A stretch of DNA of 64,000 bases, taken from positions 2,812 to 66,811 of the forward strand of contig JAUCBJ010001719.1 in assembly GCA_032718475.1 (NCBI GenBank), written 5' to 3'. The notes beneath the pieces were generated by a model. It was given only the letters and a program-made list of their open reading frames with translations, had not been told where the DNA came from and ran no database searches. Within the stretch, counting starts at the first letter, position 1; each line of letters begins with the position of its first letter. Positions 1 to 12,290 of the stretch are shown piece by piece. The translations under genes and the position numbers were made by a program. Source of the stretch: Nemertoderma westbladi. Lineage: Eukaryota > Animalia > Xenacoelomorpha.

Positions 1-2
1 GG

Positions 3-1502
3 ATACAAGGAGAGCCGAGATGGGGATATGATATCCAAGAGGAAGCAGCAGCGCCATTCGAGAGATTTGGAGCCAAAGACTACACTATATTTGGTATAAA
101 AGAATTATCAGAAAGTACTGCGAAACTCGCGAGAACTAAATATGACTCGAATGTATTAAAGAGAAGGCAAAACGCATTAAATGAAAGAATCGAAAGTTTG
201 CGCAAAACCTTCAATGAACTTTACCCGTACGACGCTTTGTGTGATACGGGAGACATTAGCGAAGACCCCGATACTGAAATTAGTCGTTTGTATCATACCA
301 TGCAATACCTAAAGGCGCACGAACCTATGCCCGCGGTACGAGATGAATTCGATGGAATGCACCTTTACAGACGAACTCGAGGGGACGATAGAGAAACCAA
401 GGAAGCATTTTCAGTTTATAAACTTTATTATCAATGCGGTTCTTGTATGCGCGAACAACGAAATGCGATTCCGATGCGTTTGAATAAGGAAAATCCGAAC
501 CGATATTGGCGAGGTGTTCGAACCATCAACAACTACGCTACCAGGAAGGAGGGTATCCTTTATCAAATCCATATCATTCGTTTGCTATGACTGGACCAAA
601 GGCGGGAGAAATTGTCGTTTACCCACCTAAGGTTGTTGAACCCGATGCATTTGAACTTACGCTGGACGAGGCGAATCAGTCAACCCGCAAAAAGAAAGAA
701 GCTCTTAGCCTATACAGAGCCTACAAGGCTTACGAGAAAGGTGAGATGGAAGAATGGGGCGGAAGACTCGCGAGCCTACCTTACCATTGGACGTCACACG
801 ATCAAACTTCAGCTAAGGAGATGACACCGGAAATTTTCGAAAGTATAAACTTTGCCCAAAATGTTCAATCGTATCACATATGGTGAATTTGACCGTTTTC
901 GAACAGAAAAGCGAAATAAGGGAGCTTGGTTAACCGTCGCATGGGCGTACCGAGCCGCGTTTTACCACAAACGTATACGAGCGAGCGTATTCGAGGAAGA
1001 GGAGATCCTAGAGGCGACAAATATACCAGCCACTCCGGTTGCGCCGTCTGCACGTCACCCTTGGGAGGACGGACAGGGTAGGATCATAAGGGTCCAGAAA
1101 GTGAGCCAACAATTAAAGAAGTCTATTAATATAGAAGAATGCAAGGGAGTTGAGCCAACCATTCGAATTACTCGGGATACGGTATCGCTTCCTAGAGAAC
1201 CAACAGGAGGATCGGGACATACACCAGCTGATCAAAAGGGGGCGCAAGCTACTCTTGGGTCTGCGTCGTCCGCTTCCCGCGCGTTCCCAGACGTTTTACC
1301 AACTGTAGTGACAACTGATCGGTCACGAGGAATCGGTCGAGGTTTCGGGATACCAAATAGACGAATTTGCGAGGAAATAGTCACACCGTCTCCCAACGTC
1401 CAAACGAAACCAGTAACTCGCCCCACGAGTCCCATATCGCGAGCAAAGTCACCTGTGCGCAGTTTTCGAGGACGCGGCAGGGCTCGATCTACTAAGCGAT
1501 AA
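3..1502 (+). pseudogene. Divergent homologue of the BEL/Pao accessory (third) ORF, frameshifted, starts before the window
   Basis: Frame open from base 3 to 590, continued by ORFs 506-886 and 852-1502. VLKRRQNALNERIESLRKTF...EISRLYHTMQYLKAHEPMPAVRDEFDGMHLY aligns by eye with MLKSRINAATSPKYLEFLRETY...ELKRLYSTMMYLTADRSLPVVPDSFEQMEEY (53913-54362). Basic C-terminus, followed by purine tract AAAAGGGAGGGCAAGGG. Confidence 0.7.
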
Positions 1503-2331
1503 AAGGGAGGGCAAGGGTGGACGGAAGACTCTAAGATTTATATTTAGTAAGAATTTATATTTTGCAAGATTTATATTTTATATTTGTGATTATTCCGAAC
1601 TTATGCAATTTATATTGTTCCGAATATTATGCAATTTATATCTTATAAGCAGTATTTGTATTTACAGTGAAATAGAAAGTAAGAGTAGATGGAAGACTCG
1701 TGGGCCTTTCTTATAGTTTCATTTGTAAAGTGTTATATTTGTATTTAGAAAGTTTTATAGTTAGAAAGTTTTGTACTTAGAAAGACTCATATTTGTAATT
1801 ATTCCGAACTTATGCAATCTACATTTAGGCACGAAAGTATTTGTAATTATTTGAATTTATGCAATATTTGAGATGCAATAGTAGATGGAAGACTCGCGAG
1901 CCTTTCTTATGATTTTCATTTATTTGTATTTGTAATTGTTTGAATTTATGCAATATTGAGATGCAATAGATTTATATTGGTGAATTTAATTTAGATTGAT
2001 ATTGTACTTACTTAGTAAAGCCTTAAATATGTAAAGTTTGAATTTGTAATTATTTTGTATCGAATCATTATGTAGAAAGGAAGTATTGCTTGAAATTTAA
2101 TTTGTAAATATGTAAGTACGCCCTAAGTATTCTATAATTTGATTGATTATTGGTGAAAACCGTATATTTTATGCACGATAATATCCTGTTTTCATGGAGC
2201 GGTATAGAATTATACTCTCTAAACGCCGTGGATTTTCAAAATTTTATTTTATTCGAATTAACTTTGTTAAAAGATTACATTAAGTCCTCATTTGTATTTG
2301 CTATATCTATTTGTACGATGATTAGTCAAAT

Positions 2332-2416
2332 GGTTCAGTAGCTCAGTCGGTAGAGCGTTGGAAATTATATGTAGTGTGTATTGAGTTCGAATCCTAGTAG
2401 GCGCGAATTATTTTTT
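2332..2416 (+). ncRNA. tRNA-derived Pol III unit (A box, B box, T-run); not a functional tRNA
   Basis: TAGCTCAGTCGGTAGAGC (A box/D arm), GAGTTCGAATCC (B box/T arm), then a T-run; anticodon arm and acceptor stem do not pair. Confidence 0.65.
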
Positions 2417-2479
2417 GTGCAGAATTTCAACTAATTTAAATTGACCACTACAAATTAATTGCATTTGCTCGAAGTAAGA

Positions 2480-2660
2480 TTAACCAATGAGACTGTAGTT
2501 ATTAGATTGTAACCAATGTCGTACGAGTTATATATTCGCTGGACCAATAGTTATCTTTAAAAACCTGTTAGAACTCATAGAACAATCGAGAATTTTCTCG
2601 ATTGATTGCGGCACAAATTTGGTATAAAAGGTGCGATTTCGTTCATTAGTTCACTTCACA
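2480..2660 (+). promoter_or_regulatory. LTR-like Pol II promoter
   Basis: Three CCAAT boxes, TATAAAA near 2623 and initiator-like TCATTAGTT about 20 nt later; LTR boundaries not resolved. Confidence 0.5.
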
Positions 2661-4103
2661 CATTTCCCAATTATCATCTATCTCGGTATTAGTTTATTTC
2701 AGATTACATTGTATACATTATTATGATTGTTGGTTATCTGTAATAAAGTCAGAATTATCGCTATATCTGCTCCTTTTCTATCTGTTTTATCATGCTTCAC
2801 CACGGTGAACTCAATTGAGGGACAGGATGGCTGGCTAAACATCGGGCCACAGCAATGAACGGGAACATCTAAGGAATGTAGACAGGAGACAACCCGCAAT
2901 ATCACTCTTAGTTATTCGCCCATCGCCTGAAAGGTTAGACAGCGTTCGATGCCTTGCTACCTAAGTATAAGACCAAAGATCGAAGGTAGAGGTAGTGACA
3001 CGCTGTACGCCTAAAATTACATCTAGGGACTGTACTGTTTTAATTCAGGAAAAAACCGCAGTAGACCTTCATATTCCTACGGGGGGGAGAGAGCAGGCAG
3101 AGATACTAGTACGCAGATAGGACATAGGCACACCGGTACAAGGCATACACATTGGTAGGGTGCAGCAAACTGTACGCCTAACTCTTGCTAAGTACAGGTG
3201 CGTCTGTGACTATTTGTAGTACAACGGTGTCCATTGCATTAGAACTTGTAGGCCAGGAGAGTTACTGTGTTTCACCTGAATTAGGATTGTACCGTTCAGG
3301 CGGTAGGGCAGTTTACGACTAGGCGCAAATAAATTGAGGCTATTTAGGGATACTAACATCTACCGTGTCCCCGCCGACATCCTGATAGGAAGTTACCAAG
3401 CCCACCTAGGTAACCAAAATTCTAGATAGGACGCCAGGCTAGCTATTAGTAACCGTACGCCTACTGTAGTAAACTAACACATTTCTTCTTAGTATTAGGG
3501 ACCTGGTAAATTAAAATTGCCGAATTCTGGGCGTAGTATTAACCTTATGCCTGAATTTGAGTCCTGGAAATACGCAAGAGGGGAAGGAGCCTTATCATTC
3601 GTGAGTATTGGACCTACAAGTTATAAAATTAGAATATTTGTAAAATGCACACCGTACCCAGTAATTATATATATGAAGGAGCAAAACTGATCTTGACTGT
3701 TCAGAATTAACACACGCGCGTTAGAAATTATTTACACCTCAAAATATATAAAATTAACTTTTGTCCGTACTGCACTTTGCCCGCTAGTTAGACATCTCTA
3801 GTCTCTTCTTTAGGCGTCTCTTTCGCCCAACCATATAAATCACACCGCGGCAAAGTATACGAGCCCCTTAGTCCGTCAGTGAGTCAGCCTGATTTTAGGA
3901 TTCGCTGCGCGGGATTTTGTTTTATCGAAGTTTGTCTGTTCGTAGACTGTTTTCTGCCTCACCGGTTATAAGGGACCGATACTGCAATATATATTCGCTT
4001 ACTTGGAGTTTACTGTTTTGGTGAGAAGGGCGGATTTATGATTTGATTCACAAACTTTACAGTAAGATATTGCAGGTATTGTTACTGTCTCTTCCAAATA
4101 ACG

Positions 4104-7100
4104 ATGGCCCAAGAAAGTTTTACGCGTCAAATGGCTAGAACCGAAGCCTGGCAAGCGGTAAAGGTGGGAGAGATCGTCAAGTTCAACGGAGATGAGATGA
4201 AATGGTTACCTTTTATTGAATATTATAAAGATAACATACAGAACTCTGTGCTATCTAATGGAGAGAAGCTTAGATTCCTCATCGAGTGCTTGGAAGGATC
4301 TTCCAAGTTAATGGCGTTAAAGTTTATGATGGATTAAGACAAGTTTGGGATACACTAAACATCAGGTATGGTAATAGGAATAACATGGCTAGGTATTTGT
4401 ATGCGAAATTGGTAGCGCCACGAAAGTTTCTTAGCAGCGGGATTATAGAATTTTCCGATGAGATCCAGGATATTTGTAGACAATTAGATTGGCTAGGTAA
4501 GTCTCATGAGTATCAGAGTTCTATGGTTATTGGAGCTGTAGCATCTACCTTGCCAAAGAGTGGAGTAGGTACTCGTTGGGACAAAAGAGTTCTATATATG
4601 ATGGAACAACAACGAAGAGACCCTACCATGGCTGATCTCATGTCATTCTTAGATGGAGAGGTAAAATTACAGCTCCTAAAGCAGTCCAGAGAGAAGACAC
4701 CGGAAAATAAGGTAAGTGAAAAACCCGTTTCTAGGAGAAAGGTAACACCAGTGTGTTATACAGACGACGGCGAAAGCCAGACCTCTCAAGAGGAGAACAA
4801 CGGGAAAGACACCAAAAGATCTTACTATGTCAACAAAACACCTAAAGACGTAAGTAAATTTAAGTCTCGAACCAGTGACAGGAGAGAACAGGTAACAAAA
4901 ACTCCTCCTACGTCTCCCAAGAGAGTTCATGGAAGAAAGCCCGAGGAAAGAACGAGTGTGCACAACATTACCCAAGGTAAAGTATGTAACATCAAACCAA
5001 AATGTGCATTGTGCGACGGGCCCCACCGTTTAAGTGTGTGTGATGAATTCGGCGAACCTGTTACTCCGATGCGAGGTGTGCTAAGTGCGGCGCGAAACAT
5101 CATATCTTGTTGCACACCGAATTGGAAAGAAACAGCCGGAGTCAGGTAAGTGAGTCTGAACTACATGTCCAATTCAGTGATGTGAACGATACTGACCAAA
5201 GTTCTGAGATGGAAGGATTCTACACGGATGAATTCTCCGACGAAAATGAATCCTGTTATCTAATAAACACCGCAGTGTATCGAGCGCTTACGTATGAGAC
5301 CGAAACCGATAACGAAGCGCACCCGGTTATTCCTGACCGACAACCATCCTGGAAAGCACCAACTTCCAACGTCGGAATCCGGGAATTCCCCGTAGTTCAG
5401 CTAAGAGTCCATGGGTCGAGTAAGAGTTTTATAGTCAACGCACTCCTGGACTCCGGCAGCACAGGAACGTTCATCGATAAAGAACTAGCCGAAGACATCT
5501 TTGCAGGACAACCCAAGTTCCGAACTAAGTTGAACCTTTCAGGAATTATGCAGGTTTGGAAATCTACCGTAGCTACAGACTACTATGTAGGTGCGTTGTC
5601 CACTCCCCAAGACGAACTAGGAGAACACAGTATAAGGTCAGTAAAAATGGTGGTGATAAAGAACTTTGCTACCAGCCAAGTAGAACCTTACAACTGGGAT
5701 GAAGACGATTTTACCCAGCAATATAATATCCCTAGATTCAACACCGACTACTCAGGGGTGCAAATTTTAATCGGCCAAAATGCGCATGAGGCGCTTGAGA
5801 CATTAGAGAAACGACCTGCTCGACCGCAACCATTGCAAACTTATGCGGGAAGAACTAGAGTAAGTTGGTACTTCACTGGACCTTCCCGTAGAATGCTCAT
5901 GGAAAGATTACCCCCTGAACAAGTGCACCAGGTGAGTGAATGGGAAGAAGAAATCAGTGAGGGAGAAATCACACCTGAGGGAACACCATACTCCTCAGAT
6001 AACGACGATATTACCCAGCTATTTGACGAGGAAAATACGATAGACCTCCTCACTGAAAGTGAAGCTTGGAGAAACCAAGTGCACCTTTGCCATCTCATCC
6101 ATCATGGCGGACAACTCAATTATGACGATGAGCTAAATGAGGTGATAGATCGACATAATGCTAAGATTCGTGACGAACACGCCGTACGATTCTTTACTCA
6201 AGAAGCTGTAGAACCTAATTCCTACGACAAAGCACTATCAGTCAAGGAGGAAAGAGCCAAGCAGATCCAGGCAACGACTACACGTTTCCTTAGGGATCAA
6301 GGGAGGTATGAAATTGGTCTGCCATTTCGAATGCGAGAACCTAATTTTATAAATAACCGACCCTTGGCTGAGAAAAGAATCGCTCAACTACATCGACGTC
6401 TTACGGCAAACGCTTCAGCTAAAGAGATGTACAAGACACAGCTGAAGAAATTCATCGATAAGGGATATGCGGAGCGAGTACCAGAAGAAACACCCATAAC
6501 TGAGAGAACGTATTATTTAACGTTACCAAACCCGGTAAACCCAACGAAGTTCGGGTAGTATTTGACGGCTCCGCCCTCTACATGGGCCAATCCCTTAATT
6601 CGGAGTTGTTGCCGGGACCCAACTTACTCCAATCCTTGTTGGGAATACTCTTAAGATTACGGCAATATTCGATCGCCTTCGCCTCAGATATAGAAGGCAT
6701 GTTCTTACAAGTTAAGGCGCTGGATAGGGATCGAGACAGCCTGCGATTTCTGTGGTGGCCTGAAGGAGACCTCAGCCAAAAACCTGTGGAGTACTGGATG
6801 ACCATCCAGGCTTTCGGAATCATCTCGAGCCCCTCGAACGCCTGTTCAGTAGTGCGCACCACTGCTGATGACAACCGAGACACCTTCTCTAAAGCGGTTA
6901 TCGACAACATCAAACGGGATATATACATGGACGATAATTTAAAGTCCCTCCCATCGGTGGAAGAAGCCATTGATGTTGCCAAGGGAATGGTAGAGTGTTT
7001 AAAACGTGGTGGATTTCGACTAACTAAATTCACCAGCAACTCCCATGAGTTTCTGGAATCGATCCCGGTAGAAGACCAAGGAGTTAAAGATCTAGACCTA

Positions 7101-9803
7101 ATCAAGGATGATCTTCCAGAAACCAAGACGCTTGGTTTGAAATGGGACACGGAGAGAGATATCCTGTTTTTCCAGCAGCGAGATAATCCAGTTCGAACTA
7201 AACTGATTTGTCTAAGTATCCTGAGCACTTATTTCGATCCATTGGGAATCATTAGCCCAGTTATATTGGTTGCTCGGAGTTTAGTTCAACAAATGTGGCT
7301 TGAAAACCACTCGTGGGACGATCCACTTAAGGGAGAACTACTAAAGAAGTGGATGAAATGGGAAGATTCTCTATCATCCATCGAGAAATTTATGATTTCC
7401 CGTTCATATTTTGGTCAGTCATGTTCTTCCAATGTATTCGTATCAACTCCATGTGTTTGGAGACGCCAGCAATATGGGAATAGGTATAGTAGCCTACCTG
7501 AGGGTTGAAACTCCGGATGGAATTAAAGTTGCCTTGGTTACCTCTAAGGCCTTGATAAACAACAAGCTACGAGTTCCTCGAGTGGAGTTAAAAGCGGCTC
7601 TATACGCTACAGCCATCGGCCGGAATGTCACAGAACAGATCGACTATCCACTGGAGAAAACTGTCTATTGGACTGATGCTTTACTCGTTTTGGAGTATAT
7701 AACCAATGAAGTCTGTCAGTTCAGCGTCTTTGTTACCAACAGAGTAGCCGTTATACTTAGTCGCACTAGTGTAGATCAATGGAGACATTGCCCTGGGACG
7801 ATTAATCCAGCCGACATTGCCTCCAGAGGAGCAACTCCTCAAGAACTGGTAGACACTCCGGACTGGTTAGGTGGACCCGACTTCCTAAGTAAAGAAGAAG
7901 ATGAATGGCCTCCTCATCTTACCACGGCTGAGATTAGACAAGCCAAGGGAGCAGAGAAAGTCAAACCTAAAACCCGGACGAGTAAATCGAAGTTATTTAA
8001 ACCCGTGATAGATCTGTCTGTACTACATCTTTCCGGAGACGACGCTGTGGATCTAAACTTCCCCGCCACAAATAAGTCTGTTGTGGAAATCAGAGAGAGA
8101 GACTGGAAATCTGGAACACCAGACGTTTCGCAGGGACTCTCACCTCTCCTACAGAGGGCGATACATCACTATAGCTCCTGGAATAGGCTTTGTAAGGCCG
8201 TTGCGTATTTGAAGCGATGCTTCCATTATCACTACTCCAGGATGAAGATCACTAGTGATACCGCTCCACCGACATCTGTGCAGGTCCATGCTATTAAAGA
8301 TCTTCCCAAATATAAAATCTCAGATAGGTTTCTGACGGAGAAGATCAGTTACCAGGTGCATGAAGAAACCAATAAGCAGATACTGAGACTCCTGCAATGC
8401 TATGAAGATTCCGATAAGTATTTCCTGTAGTTGAGAAATCCACAGATGCGCTTAAGGGATCGTTTCTCTAGCACAATGATAGATGGGTTAATGTTGGAGG
8501 GAGACTAACTAATGCTCCATTATCCTTTGACACTAAGTTTCCCAAACTTATTAGAAATCTTGAAATACAAATCAAGATGATTGTAGATGTTCACAGTAAG
8601 CTTTACCATGCTGGTAGAGAACGAGTTCTTAGCGAAATTCGAACTCGCTATTATTTTCATAAACCCCGTAGAGCTCTGAACCAAGTTCTTAGGAACTGTA
8701 TACCCTGTAGGAAAGCATTCAGTAGGCCTTTAACACAGCGAGAGGTAGAATTACCTAGGGAGTGAGTAAGCTTCTATGAACCACCCTTTACTAATACCGG
8801 TGTGGATTTATTTGGCCCTATTGAAGTATATCGTGCCAGGACTATAGTCAAGCGATGGTGTGTCATCTTTTTCTGTATGACTTGTAGAGCGATCCATTTA
8901 GATATGGTGAACGATCTATCTACCAACAGCTTCATACTGAGTCTACACCGACAGATCGCTCGCTTTGGAACTAGCAACACTATGAGATCTGATAAGGGGA
9001 CGAACTTCATTGGGGCCAATAATGAGATCAAGGCTTACGTTAGAGATTGGAACCAAAGACAGGTGGACGATCAGCTAAGAGTAACAGCGTCTAGCTGGAC
9101 ATTCAACGCCGCCGACGCCCCTTGGTGGGGAGGAAGTTGGGAGAGATTAATAAGAAGCATGAAGACCGCATTTCACTTTATAGTGCCGTGCCGCGCGTAT
9201 CTCACCGACGAACTTTTGCGGACGTTAATGGAAGAAATCGCCGCCTATCTTAACGAAAGACCGCTTATGCCAGTCTCATCGAGTCCCGACTCCCTGGAAG
9301 CGCTAACACCCGCGCACTTCCTACTGAAGAAACCTGTAGCCATGCTCCCCCGATCGGAAATCACGGATGGAGATGAATACTGCCGACAAACTTGGCAACT
9401 TATGCAGTTATTATCCCGTCGTTTCGCTGACCATTTCGAAAAACATTATCTGCCCATGCTACAACTTCGAACCAAGTGGTTTGCGCAGCAAGAAAACGTC
9501 AGCGCCGGAGACATGGTCCTTATTTTGGAAACAGATCTTCCATGTAAGCGGTGGCAGACAGGTCGTATCATCGAGACTCATATCTCAGATGACGGTTTAG
9601 TGCGATCGGTAGAACTCGTCGTCATGCGACGTAACTTTAAGAAACCGGGAATTGTATTCGAAACACAGCAGCTCAATCGCCCAGTTGGTCGTTTATGTTT
9701 ACTGGAGAGAGACAGAGAACTGTCCGGAAACTATGGAAGGCAAGATACTCTTCCCACGACCACCTCCCTAATCCAACAGACATCTAGGGACTCCCCAACG
9801 TAA
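4104..9803 (+). pseudogene. BEL/Pao gag-pol, multiple frameshifts and stops
   Basis: Gag FNGDEMKWLPF/LSNGEKLRFL, protease ALLDSGS, RT DIEGMFLQV and YMDD, RNase H LHVFGDAS/PRVELKAA/WTD, integrase HAG..C..C, DLFGP, RSDKGTNF, GGSWER. Confidence 0.95.
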
Positions 9804-10344
9804 TAGCGTCTGGAGTGGGTGTGTGACCATATTATTTTATATTCGTTTTTTATTATTTTTATATTTAGGTATGTATTATTATGTAATTTTATAATAATCG
9901 TTTTCTTTAATTTTATTTAGTAGAATGTTATTTTAGCGATTATTTAGTAGATTAGTGCAATATATACTCGTGTTTATTACTTAATTACTTATATTATATA
10001 TTTAGTGCAACGGCGAGAAATACTTCTTTTTTCTCTTTCCTTACTGTCTGTATCATATTATAAATGCGTGACTACAGTAAGATGAAATATCCGTACTTAT
10101 TAAAGTACAATAAAGCTCCTACTATACTTAAGTATTATTGGTAAGTAGAGTATTAGGAATGCAAAGTTCAGATCCTCGTGTCTCGGCTAAACCAAGCTCT
10201 GGGTAGACCTTGGAAATGACTTGCCTCTTCTCACTGACATTGCTTCTTGCAATATTGCTCTCATACCGTATATTAAATAATACATATAGTAGTGTGATGT
10301 CCCTTTAACAGTAGCGTACAACGCAAATAAATCTGTTAAACCCT

Positions 10345-10464
10345 TTGACCATCTTTAATTCTAGTCGATTAAGATATCGCGGCACCCACCGATATACTTG
10401 AAAGACAAAATTTCTAGAATCAGTGGTTAACGTCCCCAGACATGTTCTGGAATAAATCGGTGCC
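10345..10464 (+). ncRNA. Putative pseudoknotted cis-acting RNA motif, repeat 1 (also 52437-52555)
   Basis: Nested stems TTGACCA/TGGTTAA, ATTCTAG/CTAGAAT, ATATCG/CGATAT; loop GGCACC pairs with downstream GGTGCC; CCAGA/TCTGG hairpin. Confidence 0.6.
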
Positions 10465-10597
10465 CATCCTAAATATTACATAGTTAATATTTATAAAAAT
10501 CTATTAAAACAAATGTTATAATAGAGTAAATGCACGCAAATAAACTCTAAGGAGTTTGTAAACCGAGAAAATCTATAAATCAAGATCTGTTAAAATT

Positions 10598-10719
10598 TAG
10601 ATCCTTTAAAAATTCTAGTCGATTAAGATATCGTAGCACTTACCGATACTCTTAAAAGGACAAATTTCCTAGAATCAAGGATCCTAGTCCCCAGACATGC
10701 TCTGGAATAAAATTGTGCC
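10598..10719 (+). ncRNA. Putative pseudoknotted cis-acting RNA motif, repeat 2 (also 52601-52720)
   Basis: Same core as repeat 1; outer stem replaced by GATCCTT/AAGGATC; loop GCAC pairs with downstream GTGC. Confidence 0.6.
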
Positions 10720-11531
10720 TATTTAATATTAAATAATAAAATTTACGGGAATAAATTTAAATTCATATCTTCTCATGAATTTGATAAATTGTATTTTATA
10801 CAATTTATAATATTCCCAAAATTCTTTTAATTAATAGATCATGGGAGCGGAGATTCACCCTATTAAGTGTATTAGTGTGCGAGAATCTCCAATATATAGT
10901 CAATAGCCGATAAAATTCATAAAATCATGTATAAAGGGGAATATTGACAATTAAAGAATTACTATTAAATAGCATCCCAGATCTGTATGCATGAGAATTA
11001 CCCTAATTCTACTGCTAGCTTTCCATAATGTCACCATGGCAACAACCACGCTAGAATTAGAAGTGAGTTAAAAGAACAATAAAAAGCTTGCCCCATTGAA
11101 TAGCATACGGAATAAATAGCGCACTGCTAGTATCCAGAGATACATAATAATAACGTGGCATTCTGGAAGGCACTTGACTAACGGACAAATGGCCCAAAGG
11201 TGTACAATTTGTGACAGTTGTGTGGAATTTGTGCGTTTATAGGTGAATGTTACTACTAAAGTGTGTTTACAGTAGCGAGTCGCAGTTGTGAAAGTAGCCC
11301 TAACCCTGCAGTAAGAACCTGAAGTAAATCTAAGCCCTTGGGACGGACAGTGGAGTGACTCGCGCTGGTTGTTGTTGTCATTGTGCAGCTACTACGTTGG
11401 CGATAGACACAGCGGTGACAGTACATCAGCGCTGAGGATCTTGCGCTGTCCGGGGGCTGTGAGGGGTAGGCAGCGACGCCCGCTAGCCTAATTATAATTA
11501 ATTATAATATTGATAAACTCATATAGCAGCT

Positions 11532-12290
11532 ATGTCTGAGTTGATAGAAGATGATCTGGTATCAGGGAGCAATATACCCTACCATTGCAAGCGTTGTTGA
11601 TAGTTTAATACGCGGTGACGCTAGTCCCTCTACTACGGAGGACGATGGCTGTTATATCGAACCGCCAATGTCCAAGGAACAACTCACGCGTGAATTGGAC
11701 TATAGAAAATTCACCGCTCGCTATACGCATCGTAATGGTACGTATATAGACTTCTTTACTACTGGCCATCCTATCGATTTACACGATATGGACGATGTAG
11801 ACACCAAAAGGGAAATGATCCTATTTAAATATCATACCCAGCGCAGTCGGAACAATAAACTGAGAATCGAACACGAAAATTCTATTCGAAACTAACTCGA
11901 AAGAGAAGACGTTAAAGAACCGGATAAACGCAGTGACTTCAACGTATCTTTGGAATTCTTGAGAGAGACATTGTAAAACTGGAGAAAGATCACCAGCATT
12001 TCCCCTACAAGACGTGCGTCTTTGGTATTATTACGATGAATGCCCTAGACCCAACCAACACACGGAAAGACATAAACATCCGCGGAGACGTTGCGCTAAA
12101 CACAGTTTTTACTCGCTATACTTACGGGAGTTTCGAGCGAAACTTGTTCGACGTATCACCTACGCTCGCTCGACGCAAACAATCCTTAAATAAACCGATG
12201 ATCAGAGTTCCGGAATACTCGGTCAGACCTCCTCATTCCCTAGTGAGACCTCAGACTCTTGATCCTAATAGTATGACGGATCCTCCTGAA
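11532..12290 (+). pseudogene. Accessory ORF of BEL copy 1, 5' part, interrupted
   Basis: ATG at 11532; homologous to 53541 onward; breaks off at the Gypsy junction. Confidence 0.8.

Noticed and set aside
2332-2405. Functional tRNA gene
   Set aside because: Acceptor and anticodon stems do not pair.
10160-10230. HDV-like ribozyme suggested by TCCTCGT
   Set aside because: No P1 or P1.1 pairing could be built; kept only as general spacer structure.
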